A DNA stretch of 29,797 nucleotides from an uncultured Candidatus Saccharibacteria bacterium (GCA_964420745.1 CAYQUJ010000006.1:1-29797), one strand, 5' to 3'. Shown: positions 18,010-26,778, counted from the first letter of the stretch. A program made the numbers and translations. The notes: generated by a model from the sequence alone, not told the origin.

Positions 18010-18663
18010 ATGATTGGAATTGTAGTTAAAGCCGTGTGCTGTATTGCACGGATTTTGCTCACCAAGGAGCAGGCTTACAAGCTCGCGACATGGTGGGCCG
18101 TTAAAGATCCTTTGCCAGCCAAAATTGATGCCATCCTTTTGGTGTCATTTGGGGCGACAAAAACCGGGCTCTCAAACGGGACCCAAGCAACAACGCAGAG
18201 GGCTTGCGAACTTTTGGCGAAATATCCGAACGCTTTATTGCTGTTTGGTGAATTTACCAAAAACCCTATTTCTGGGCTTGAAGCTGAGATAAAACACAAA
18301 ACATTTCCCACTGGGAAATATGCCGGGCAAGTGATCAGCACCATTGAGGAAGAAGAGGAATGTGAAAAAGTTGCACCCAAATTAGTTGACCGCGTCCTCA
18401 TAGTGAGCGATGAGGCTCACTCACGCGGAGTAAAGTTGGTTGGGAAAAAGGTTTGGGGAAAGAGACCATTTCGACCGGAAATTTTCGTTGATTGTGTCTC
18501 ATCCCGAGATGTGATTGATCTAGAGAGCCCAATGGAAACTCTCCGCGATCCACGAGACTGGGTCGCTGTCAACATCTTCCGACAGCTCATCCTCTGGCTT
18601 CCTGGAGGATTTGCTCTTCTGAAAGGAAGCGGGTCCTACCAGCCTAGTTCTGAGGTAAAGTAA
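18010..18663 (+). CDS. Second divergent DUF218/YdcF-like protein, antisense to the cluster
   Basis: IDAILLVSFG...RACELLAKYP...STIEE...RVLIVSDEAHSRG; flanked by its own promoter and hairpin. Confidence 0.5.
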   Translation: MIGIVVKAVCCIARILLTKEQAYKLATWWAVKDPLPAKIDAILLVSFGATKTGLSNGTQATTQRACELLAKYPNALLLFGEFTKNPISGLEAEIKHKTFPTGKYAGQVISTIEEEEECEKVAPKLVDRVLIVSDEAHSRGVKLVGKKVWGKRPFRPEIFVDCVSSRDVIDLESPMETLRDPRDWVAVNIFRQLILWLPGGFALLKGSGSYQPSSEVK

Positions 18664-18681
18664 CTGATCTTTTCGTTTCCG

Positions 18682-18710
18682 GCCCGGTGCACTTGTACCG
18701 GGCTATTTCT
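18682..18710 (+). terminator. GC-rich hairpin between convergent genes (probable terminator)
   Basis: 9-bp stem GCCCGGTGC / GTACCGGGC (one G-U pair), loop ACTT, followed by a weak T-rich tail TATTTCT. Confidence 0.6.
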
Positions 18711-19356
18711 ATTCCTTTTCTGCTATGAAAAACATCTGGCCGGCAAAAGGTTTAAATGGAGAATGGATGTAAGTGCGAACAACAAAAGGCAAGAGGGAGT
18801 GAGGAATAAGAGAAGAATTGGAGCGCATCGAGAAAGGCAAGAAGCGGGGCATTTTCAGTAAAATTTTATAATTGTGCGAGAGGAGAAAACTTTCCAAAGA
18901 GGCATCGCTAAAAATTTTCTTATGGGTCGGGTCGTCAAAATAATTTTTGGCCGCCAGGCGATAATTTGGCTGCATTAAAATAAGTTTGCCTTTTGGTTTT
19001 AAAATTCTGCCGACTTCTTCCATAATTTTCGCTAATTCATCATCGGTAAAGTGTTCCAAAAAATTGCTGGCATGGACAATATCAATCGAACTATCAGAAA
19101 TTTCATGAAAATTCCAACCCCCTCTGTTGATTTTTATAACATTTTTACCAGCAAATTTTGAAAGCTCTGGCGATATATCTACGGCATACTTGGTTTTGGC
19201 AGAAATATTATTTATAAAGTCGCAATAACCGGCGCCCAGATCGACAACTACCCCACTGTCCGGGATATATTTTTGCAAAAACCTTGCTATTTCTTTCCAC
19301 ACAATAGGCCGCGCTCTGTCGGGAACATATCTTGTTTTGTAATAGCTATCTTCCAT
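18709..19356 (-). CDS. Class I SAM-dependent methyltransferase
   Basis: VVDLGAGYC, AVDIS, SNFLEH, LKPKG, YFDDPTH. Confidence 0.9.
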   Translation of the reverse strand: MEDSYYKTRYVPDRARPIVWKEIARFLQKYIPDSGVVVDLGAGYCDFINNISAKTKYAVDISPELSKFAGKNVIKINRGGWNFHEISDSSIDIVHASNFLEHFTDDELAKIMEEVGRILKPKGKLILMQPNYRLAAKNYFDDPTHKKIFSDASLESFLLSHNYKILLKMPRFLPFSMRSNSSLIPHSLLPFVVRTYIHSPFKPFAGQMFFIAEKE

Positions 19357-20070
19357 TTATACCTTCTTAAATTTATATTTAAAAATTACAGGCAGCATTT
19401 TAAACCCCAATTTTGCTGCCTTCCAAATGTTGCCGGTGTAACCAGATTTACCGACCCTTTCTTTATAAATGATCGGTATCTCTATTATTCTTTTATTGCG
19501 GCGCAAAAGCCAAATCATAAGCTCGGGTGAAAATGTTCCATCCCCCTTGGATCGCGGGAAGAATGTTTTTATTTCTTCTAAAATTTCTCTGCTAATAAGT
19601 TTATATGTGCAACCCACATCAGTGAGCACCGGTCCGTTAAAAAATACTTCCACTACCTTCGCCCACAGCCAATTGCCAAATCGCACGGGGTATGGCATGA
19701 AAGCTCCAGACCAAATAGCCGCTCTCGATGTACGGGTTCCCAGCACTGCATCAAATTCTTCGCTGTAAGAAAGAAGCTTTTCAATATCCTTGGGTAGAAA
19801 AGTGCCGTCAGCTTCAGTCATGACGATCAAATCCCCTTTTGCTTCAAGCAAACCTTTCATTAAAGCAAACCCGTATCCCTGCCTTTTTTCGTGCACCAAT
19901 CGCGCTTTTGTTTTACTTACTTCTTCTTTTGTGTTGCCAAGCGCGTTATTATCAACTACCACCACCTCGTCAGCCAGGCCAGTTTCAAAAAAACCATCTA
20001 TGGCTTCCCTGATACTTGCCGCCTCGTTATAGGTAGGTATGACTACGCTCACTTTTTTGCCTTTATACAT
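19357..20070 (-). CDS. GT2, DPM-synthase / polyprenol-phosphate glycosyltransferase-like
   Basis: VVIPTYNEA, VVVDNN, RQGYG, TEADGT, LTDVGCTYK, IPIIYKERVG. ATG at 20070 preferred over 20124. Confidence 0.88.
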   Translation of the reverse strand: MYKGKKVSVVIPTYNEAASIREAIDGFFETGLADEVVVVDNNALGNTKEEVSKTKARLVHEKRQGYGFALMKGLLEAKGDLIVMTEADGTFLPKDIEKLLSYSEEFDAVLGTRTSRAAIWSGAFMPYPVRFGNWLWAKVVEVFFNGPVLTDVGCTYKLISREILEEIKTFFPRSKGDGTFSPELMIWLLRRNKRIIEIPIIYKERVGKSGYTGNIWKAAKLGFKMLPVIFKYKFKKV

Positions 20071-20081
20071 GCTTAAAATCC

Positions 20082-20109
20082 TTGACTTAAACGATAATTG
20101 GCTTAATCT
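20082..20109 (+). promoter_or_regulatory. Candidate promoter for ferredoxin (near-leaderless)
   Basis: TTGACT, 16 nt, TAATCT; 8 nt upstream of ATG 20118. Confidence 0.45.
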
Positions 20110-20117
20110 TAATGCAT

Positions 20118-20333
20118 ATGGCAAAAATTATCCATGATAGAAAAAATTGCAATGGTTGTAGTCTTTGTGTCGCAGTTTGCCCGTCAATGTTCGAAATGTC
20201 TGAAGATCAGCTGGCTAACCTTAAAGGCGCCACAGAAGTAAATGGGATATTTGAATTGGAAACCAACGATATAGAGTGCGTCAAAGACACAGTTGATCTG
20301 TGCGAGGCAAAAGTTATCAAAATTGAGCCGTGA
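20118..20333 (+). CDS. Single-cluster [4Fe-4S]/[3Fe-4S] ferredoxin
   Basis: C11-x2-C14-x2-C17-x3-C21P plus C54 and distal C62; 71 aa with an acidic second half. Confidence 0.9.
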   Translation: MAKIIHDRKNCNGCSLCVAVCPSMFEMSEDQLANLKGATEVNGIFELETNDIECVKDTVDLCEAKVIKIEP

Positions 20334-21357
20334 TCACACCCGCCAGTTTATTCACCAGCAGATCTAAGCTATGAGTTTTTAAAATATATTCCTGGAGTTT
20401 TGTGGATGCGCTTTCTTTTTCTGTCTTGCTGACACCAAGCCAAAAACTGATGCAATCAACAACGTCTTCGGGTTTTTGTTTTTTTAATATCATTCTTTCG
20501 TCAATTGCTCCAACCAAGGATTGATTTGCCACAACCAATAGACACCCGCAAGCTCCAGCTTCAAAAATAGTTTTATCAAAACTGCCAGCCGGCGTTAAAT
20601 TAACGAAAATACTATGTTTGGCATAAATCCCCGGTGTCTCACGGTTTGGCACGCCTTTATAAAAATTCACCTTATTTTCTAACCTAAACTCTCTTACTTT
20701 GTTTTTTAATAAATCATAATAATCTTGATCTTTGGGCAATGGATCTCCGTAAAAATCACAAACAAAATCTGTATTTTCTTTATTTAAAATTCCCAGTGCT
20801 TCAATAAGCAAATCAGGTTTTTTAATTGGCGACATTCTACTCAAAAACAAAATTGAGTTTTTCAATCTTTCCTTCTTTCCATCTTTAAATCTTTCCGTAT
20901 CAATCCCCACTGGCATAATCACAGCCTTTTTGAATTTAGCCGTATATGAATATTTTGAAGTGTAAAATACTTTATCAGAAAGCAAAACGGCTATTCTTGT
21001 CAAAAAATTCCCTTTTGGATGATTCCTCCAAAAAAATATTTTTTTACCCATTATTTTCCAAAAAAATCCCCCCAACAGCACGTACTCTTGGTTCATGTGA
21101 ATAAAAACGGAATCATATTGCTTATGCAAACCCAAAATCAGATTCATGAAATTTCTTACATATTTTATTTTACTTCCACCCGATTCCTTGCCAAGGGAAT
21201 AAACTCTAACATTCTGTGGCAAATCAAATTCCCCTTTCTCCAAACAAATGACAGAAACTTCTGAAAATTTTTTTGAAAGCTCAGCAATCCAGTCATGGAA
21301 AAATCCCAGAATAGGGTCTTTCTTGTCCACTTTTTGAGTTAGTATCAAGAGTTTCAT
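20317..21357 (-). CDS. Glycosyltransferase family 4
   Basis: MPVGIDTERF, FLSRMSPIKKPD, GSFDKTIFEAGACG. Confidence 0.9.
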   Translation of the reverse strand: MKLLILTQKVDKKDPILGFFHDWIAELSKKFSEVSVICLEKGEFDLPQNVRVYSLGKESGGSKIKYVRNFMNLILGLHKQYDSVFIHMNQEYVLLGGFFWKIMGKKIFFWRNHPKGNFLTRIAVLLSDKVFYTSKYSYTAKFKKAVIMPVGIDTERFKDGKKERLKNSILFLSRMSPIKKPDLLIEALGILNKENTDFVCDFYGDPLPKDQDYYDLLKNKVREFRLENKVNFYKGVPNRETPGIYAKHSIFVNLTPAGSFDKTIFEAGACGCLLVVANQSLVGAIDERMILKKQKPEDVVDCISFWLGVSKTEKESASTKLQEYILKTHSLDLLVNKLAGVITAQF

Positions 21358-22880
21358 TTATTAAAAATAAAAAACTTGTAAAGCAGAAAATTTTGGATCA
21401 TGACGAAAAATCCGGCAATGATTTGCGACAGTATATACCAAACGCCAACAATATCGGTAAATGCATAAACCAAAACGGTGTTTGAGACTACTCCCAAAAT
21501 AGCAGCAATAAAAAATTTTGAAAATTGACGATGCAGTCCGTCTATATTCCTATCCTTAAAAACCACAAATTTCTGTAGGGTAAAGCTCACAATGAGAGCC
21601 AGGAAGAAAGCCAAAATGGAAGAATATAGATACCATATGCCTGCAATATCGGTAAACAAATAAAGAAACCCTATGTTGGTAGTAGCTGAGGCAATACCGC
21701 ACAAGAAGTAACGCAGAGGCATCAGAGAGTTAAATACCGTCATTTTGAAATGAAGAATTCTTGCGAAAAAGTTTTCTTTTCTGGAGCCGATTGCTGTTTT
21801 TTTGATAGAATCAGCATATTTTTCAAAATAATCGTTTTCTGAATTTAAATGTTTTGCAGCAATTTCTTTTGCAGATTGCCCAATTTTATCCGCTAGATTT
21901 TTGTCCTGATAAATTTTCAAAATATTTTGAGCAAAACATTTTGAATCTTTGGCGTCACAAATAAAAGCCGACTCGTTATTTTTGAAAATATCTTCAGCCA
22001 CTCCGGTTTCCGAAAGAACAAGAGGTTTGCCAAAATAGGCCGCTTCCATGGTTGAAATGCCGTATCCTTCATACAAAGAAGCGGAAATAAAAATATCTGC
22101 TATCTGGTAATATGGTGCCAGATTATTTTTCCAGCCAACAAAAACAACTCTTTTTGATATGCCCAAATTTTCGATCATCTGTTCAAGATGTGCCTTTTGA
22201 GAGCCGTCTCCCACCAAGCAAAGCCCGATGTTTTGGTCCAAATTTTTAAGGGCTTGGAAAACCGTTTCTATGTTTTTTTCTTTTTCCAAACGGCAAACCA
22301 TAAGCAAAACGAACGGGAAAGGTTTTTTTATTTCTTCGCTTGAACCAATGTTGATTTCAGTTTTTATGGGCAAAACGTCAACATTTTTTGAAAATGGCTG
22401 GATTGATTCTTTTATTCTATCTGATACCACTCTCACTCTGTCCGAATATTTCAAAACAAACTCAGCCATTAAAAAACGCATTCTGTTTAATAAAGATGAC
22501 TGCCTAAAATATTTGTGAGAAAAATCGGTATGGACTTGGATGTGCAGTGGTATGTTAAAAAAGAGTTTAATCAAAGTTCCAACAATCCCAGTCTCAAAAG
22601 GATCCTGGCAAGTCAAAACAACATTATTTTTTCTAGAACTTTTTAAAATTTTCCTAATTATTTTTATGAAATCAAAAATGAAAAATATTCTTATTTTTGA
22701 TTTGGTTGGATACAAAAAGACACCATCTGAAATCTTTTGGGGTTTAAATTTGTCGTTATTTGGAGTAAAAACGATAAGATGAAGTTCATTAAAAAATTTT
22801 CCGTATTCAATCGCCCTCCGTCTCACACCGGAGTTTTCCTCAAAAAGTTTTCTGTCTGTGCCTATAGATATAACTTTCAT
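21354..22880 (-). CDS. GT4 glycosyltransferase fused to a C-terminal GtrA-family membrane domain
   Basis: GT4 part: MVCRLEKEKNI, ASLYEGYGISTMEAA. Last ~125 aa: RYFLCG...FTLQKFVVF...QFSKF...QNFLLYKFFIF, a 4-TM GtrA pattern. Confidence 0.88.
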   Translation of the reverse strand: MKVISIGTDRKLFEENSGVRRRAIEYGKFFNELHLIVFTPNNDKFKPQKISDGVFLYPTKSKIRIFFIFDFIKIIRKILKSSRKNNVVLTCQDPFETGIVGTLIKLFFNIPLHIQVHTDFSHKYFRQSSLLNRMRFLMAEFVLKYSDRVRVVSDRIKESIQPFSKNVDVLPIKTEINIGSSEEIKKPFPFVLLMVCRLEKEKNIETVFQALKNLDQNIGLCLVGDGSQKAHLEQMIENLGISKRVVFVGWKNNLAPYYQIADIFISASLYEGYGISTMEAAYFGKPLVLSETGVAEDIFKNNESAFICDAKDSKCFAQNILKIYQDKNLADKIGQSAKEIAAKHLNSENDYFEKYADSIKKTAIGSRKENFFARILHFKMTVFNSLMPLRYFLCGIASATTNIGFLYLFTDIAGIWYLYSSILAFFLALIVSFTLQKFVVFKDRNIDGLHRQFSKFFIAAILGVVSNTVLVYAFTDIVGVWYILSQIIAGFFVMIQNFLLYKFFIFNK

Positions 22881-23869
22881 ATTGTTCGATAAACTTCAAT
22901 AAATTCTTGGGCTATTTGCTCCCAAGTATGGGTGAAATTGAAATTTCTGACTTTTTCTTTGGCTTTTTTATATCCGTCTTCGGTCAACAGATCTAAAACC
23001 GCTTCTTCAATCTCCTTTTCATTTAGTGGATCCACAAAAATACCAGCATCTTTAATTCTATCGTATATTCCCACTTCTTTGGTGCATATGAAAGGCTTAT
23101 TCATCCTTATAGCATCTAAGATCATATTCGGACTGATGTCCCCAAGAGAGACCAAGATTACAGCGTATGATTTGTCCATCTTATCCATAAAACTCGTGTA
23201 TGGCAGGTTTTCTGTAAAAAGATTCGCTTCCGGAATTTTACTAAATATTCTTCTTAATATGTCGAAATTTTTCCAGACCAGATTTCTGGCTGAGGCGACA
23301 AAAGCTTTTGATTCAAAATTGTTATCGGATTGTTTTGGCCCATAATAATTCTCAACAATGCAAGTATTCTCATTCCTTAATTTATAGGCTTTTATAAAAA
23401 TATTCCTTTGCCAACCCGTTGAAAAGATGATTTTGGATGTATTTTTGAGCGTCCATTTTGTTAATTTGAATGTCAATCTTTCTTTAAACGAAAAGTTTGA
23501 AATTTCTGTCTGGTAAAAATTTCTAAGCAAAATTTTCTTTTTGGTCCTTTCCACATATTGCTCCCACAAAAAATCGCCGCCAGTCCGTATAATCCCCTTC
23601 TTGCCAAATATTTTGCAAGCCAAAATAGTCGGCAGACCCACACTAAAAGTGTCTAGAATAAAAATGGCTTCAGCGGATATTAAAGATGGAATTATTTTGA
23701 AGAAGAAAAATAAGTGTCTAATACCTGTTGGCAGGTTATCTTCCAAACCGTAGGTTTTGACGTTTACGGTGTGTCCTGTTTTTTCAAATGCTTCCTTAAG
23801 ATTTTTAGCATATTGAGCTGGGCCTCCAATCTTGGGTGGATAAATGCCGGTTGTGATAAGTATTTTCAT
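22877..23869 (-). CDS. GT4-like glycosyltransferase with a compact C-domain
   Basis: TGIYPPKIGGPAQY, ARNLVWKN, SLGDISPNMILDA..KPFICT. ATG at 23869 preferred over 23881. Confidence 0.82.
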   Translation of the reverse strand: MKILITTGIYPPKIGGPAQYAKNLKEAFEKTGHTVNVKTYGLEDNLPTGIRHLFFFFKIIPSLISAEAIFILDTFSVGLPTILACKIFGKKGIIRTGGDFLWEQYVERTKKKILLRNFYQTEISNFSFKERLTFKLTKWTLKNTSKIIFSTGWQRNIFIKAYKLRNENTCIVENYYGPKQSDNNFESKAFVASARNLVWKNFDILRRIFSKIPEANLFTENLPYTSFMDKMDKSYAVILVSLGDISPNMILDAIRMNKPFICTKEVGIYDRIKDAGIFVDPLNEKEIEEAVLDLLTEDGYKKAKEKVRNFNFTHTWEQIAQEFIEVYRTI

Positions 23870-23870
23870 T

Positions 23871-25025
23871 TTATTTGTCATAAGTATTACTAAAAAGATT
23901 TTTCATTTGGCCCGCTATCAAATTCCAATCATATTTTTCTTTTACTTTATTGTAAGCATTTTCTATAATTTTATCTTTACCAGAATCATTCAAGATTCTG
24001 TTTATTGCAACAACAATGCTTGCCGGATCTTGCGGCTTACAAAAATAACCGGTTTCTCCCTCCGTTAAAAAATCAACGATGCCACCCACCGGAGTAGCGA
24101 TAACTGGCAATCTGGCTGCCATTGCTTCTATAAAGGAATTGCCAAAACCTTCTGAAAGCGACGGTCTAATGAAAATGTCACAGGCCTTCAAATATTTTGG
24201 TATTTTATCATGCGAAACAAAGTTCTTGAAAATTACTCTTTTTGAAACATTTAATTTTCCCGCGAGCTCTTCCAACTCTCTCTTCAATTCCCCTTCGCCG
24301 ATTACGACAAACTTGACATTTTCAGGCAGTTTGGGCAGAGCCTTTATCACATCCCCCACCCCGTTTTTTAGCACCAACCGAGATGCCGTAACCAGCACCA
24401 CATCTCCATTTTTTGCACCGAAAGATTGTCTGAGTAAATATCTTTCTTCATTGGAAATATCTTTTGAAAATTTATTTATATCAACTCCGTTTGGCACTAT
24501 TTTTACTTTTCCTTTGTATCCAAATTTTCTGGCTCTATCTTCCAGATACTTGCTAAGCACAGTGAGATATGAAGTTCTTGAGAGAGCGAGCTTCCATGAC
24601 AAATTTATCAAACCAAACCAGCGATTCTTGAAATGGTCTTCTGAATCTCCTTCTTGAAGAGTAAGCACTACTGGAACCGGCTTCCAAAACTTTAAAATAT
24701 TAAAAATATAAGCCGCGCCCGACGCAAAAGTAACCATCATGCACCAATAATAACTGTAATTATTTTTTCTATTTAGTGATATTGCTTTAAAAGCTCCCCA
24801 AAAAGGCAAGAGGAATTTATCGAGGACAGAGATACCAATACCCAATCTGTAAACATTCACATTCCCCATTTTTTCAAACTTGGGTAAATTGTGTTTGCGT
24901 TTTGCTGTAATTAAATCAAACTTAAAATCAGAAATTCTGTCTGTAATTTCCTTAATGGTCACTTCCGCGCCGCCCACAAAAGGATAATATGAGGTTCCAA
25001 ATATAAGTATTTTTTTAGTATTCAT
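23871..25025 (-). CDS. Glycosyltransferase family 4
   Basis: YYPFVGGAE, VPNGVD, TASRLVLKNG, RPSLSEGFGNSFIEAMAARLPVIATPVGG. Confidence 0.93.
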   Translation of the reverse strand: MNTKKILIFGTSYYPFVGGAEVTIKEITDRISDFKFDLITAKRKHNLPKFEKMGNVNVYRLGIGISVLDKFLLPFWGAFKAISLNRKNNYSYYWCMMVTFASGAAYIFNILKFWKPVPVVLTLQEGDSEDHFKNRWFGLINLSWKLALSRTSYLTVLSKYLEDRARKFGYKGKVKIVPNGVDINKFSKDISNEERYLLRQSFGAKNGDVVLVTASRLVLKNGVGDVIKALPKLPENVKFVVIGEGELKRELEELAGKLNVSKRVIFKNFVSHDKIPKYLKACDIFIRPSLSEGFGNSFIEAMAARLPVIATPVGGIVDFLTEGETGYFCKPQDPASIVVAINRILNDSGKDKIIENAYNKVKEKYDWNLIAGQMKNLFSNTYDK

Positions 25026-25032
25026 CAATGGG

Positions 25033-25041
25033 ATTATACCA
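25033..25041 (-). promoter_or_regulatory. Extended -10 promoter, leaderless spacing
   Basis: TGGTATAAT followed by 7 nt and then ATG 25025. Confidence 0.7.
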
Positions 25042-25061
25042 GAAATCCTTATTTTTAGCCA

Positions 25062-26771
25062 CTATTCTCCTTTTAGGATCTTTCGTAAAGTTTCCTCCGG
25101 CACCTCCTTAACCTGCGATCTATTAACTTTTTCCAGCGCTTCTTTCAATGCATTTATATTTTCCGGCGACGGTTCTTTATTTTTATTTTTATTATCATGC
25201 TTCAGCTCATTGAGTGATACGGTTGCTTTTTTTACTTCTTCCTGCTTTTCCCTAACTACTGGCTGCTGACTACTTACTACTGACTTTGCTTTCATCGCAT
25301 CCGCGATAGCGCCAGCCAAAACATTGCTTTTCTCCGGTTTTTTCTCTTCTATATTTATTTTTGGTTTCGGTTGTTCAAACTTTGGCTGTTCGTATTTTAC
25401 CTCTTTTTTTATTTCTTCTCTTTTTTGCTCCGGTTTCTGCTCTTTTCGTGCTTCGTATTTCGTGCTTCGTATTTCGCTTCTTTCCGGCTCATGCCATTCT
25501 TTTATTTCCTTTTCCACCTCTTCCTTGGAACGAGCATAATTTCGGCGCGACATTTCCATAACTTTCTCTCTAAAAGAAGCTTCCGGTTTGGGAATCGGCG
25601 GCAAGGTGGTAGCCGAAAACGGCTGGGAGGCCACTCCGTCTATCATCAATTTCAAATAAATCTGCACGAAACCGAGATTGACAATATCTTCCATAGTGAA
25701 GACCGGTGCAAATTCTTTTTCCAAAACTTCCGCATCAAACGAGCCAACCCGAAAAGCGATCATGGTGCCGACGTTGCCGAAAACCGCCGCCCGCACCTCT
25801 TCGGCCATTTGCTCAATATATTGGTGAGTAATATTCAAACTCAATTTGTATTTTCTGGCTTCAGAAAGAATATCGGCAAAACTTTTGTTGGCAAAAGACT
25901 GAAACTCGTCTACATACAAATAAAAATTGGGCAATTTTTTGAGTTCCTTCGGATCGGCATCGGCCCGAGACATAGCGGCCAAATATATTTTGGTCACGAT
26001 CATTGAACCTAAAAGATTGGCGTTGTTCTCTCCCACCAGGCCTTTGGATAAGTTGACTATCAAAATCTTTTTCTCGTCCATTATTTTCCTGATATCAAAA
26101 GAAGATTTTGGCTGGCCGATAATATTTCTGATGAGCGGGTTGGAAGTGAATTGGCCGACTTTGTTTTGGATAGCCGGCGTCGCTTCCTGAGCATAGCGGT
26201 CGGTATATTTAGCAAACTCATCCACCCAAAAAGATTTGACGGTCGGGTCGCTTATGTTGTCAACCACTTTTTGGCGGTAAGATTTATCAGAAAGCATGCG
26301 GTTGATGCCAAGCATTGTCGCTCCCGGATATTCCAAAAGAGCCGCCAAGGTATTTTGCAAAATGTAAGCCATTCTGGCGCTCCAAGCGTCTACCCATATT
26401 TTTTCAAAAGCGCTCATCAGCCCTGAGACCACCAAATGCCTGCGGTCCGGCTCCACATCTTCCATCACATTGAAAGAAATCGGAAAGCCGGTATCAAAAG
26501 GGGCGAAATAAACAACATCTTTAATTCGATGCTCCGGAATATAATCAAGCAAAAGGTCAGCGGTCTTGCCGTGCGGATCCAAAAATGCCAAACCATTGCC
26601 GTTTTGGATATCTTGAATGGCCATATTTTCCAGCATGGTTGATTTGCCCATGCCAGTTTTGCCGATGGAATAAACATGGCGGAGACGGTCATCGTCTTTA
26701 ATGCCAAACTTGACCCGCTTATTGCGCGCATCCGTTTCGGCAAAATATGTTATCTTTTCTTTCCCATCCAT
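25062..26771 (-). CDS. VirD4/TraG/TrwB-like (HerA/FtsK clade) ATPase, CPR type, with a low-complexity C-tail
   Basis: Walker A IGKTGMGKST, LDPHG, Walker B LYVDEFQ, LSEARKYKL...HQY, FGNVGT. ATG at 26771 (MDGKEK); the 25-aa track extension is translated repeat DNA. Confidence 0.85.
   Translation of the reverse strand: MDGKEKITYFAETDARNKRVKFGIKDDDRLRHVYSIGKTGMGKSTMLENMAIQDIQNGNGLAFLDPHGKTADLLLDYIPEHRIKDVVYFAPFDTGFPISFNVMEDVEPDRRHLVVSGLMSAFEKIWVDAWSARMAYILQNTLAALLEYPGATMLGINRMLSDKSYRQKVVDNISDPTVKSFWVDEFAKYTDRYAQEATPAIQNKVGQFTSNPLIRNIIGQPKSSFDIRKIMDEKKILIVNLSKGLVGENNANLLGSMIVTKIYLAAMSRADADPKELKKLPNFYLYVDEFQSFANKSFADILSEARKYKLSLNITHQYIEQMAEEVRAAVFGNVGTMIAFRVGSFDAEVLEKEFAPVFTMEDIVNLGFVQIYLKLMIDGVASQPFSATTLPPIPKPEASFREKVMEMSRRNYARSKEEVEKEIKEWHEPERSEIRSTKYEARKEQKPEQKREEIKKEVKYEQPKFEQPKPKINIEEKKPEKSNVLAGAIADAMKAKSVVSSQQPVVREKQEEVKKATVSLNELKHDNKNKNKEPSPENINALKEALEKVNRSQVKEVPEETLRKILKGE
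25253..25287 (+). repeat. Degenerate heptamer tandem array (5 units) inside the ATPase gene
   Basis: taactac-tggctgc-tgactac-ttactac-tgacttt; encodes KSVVSSQQPVVR on the minus strand. Confidence 0.7.
25444..25478 (+). repeat. Alternating heptamer tandem array (5 units) inside the ATPase gene
   Basis: tttcgtg-cttcgta-tttcgtg-cttcgta-tttcgct; encodes SEIRSTKYEARK. Confidence 0.85.
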
Positions 26772-26778
26772 TTTAATT

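Noticed and set aside
25371-26006. 211-aa plus-strand Phe-rich ORF
   Set aside because: Reverse complement of the Lys/Glu-rich ATPase tail; a compositional artefact.
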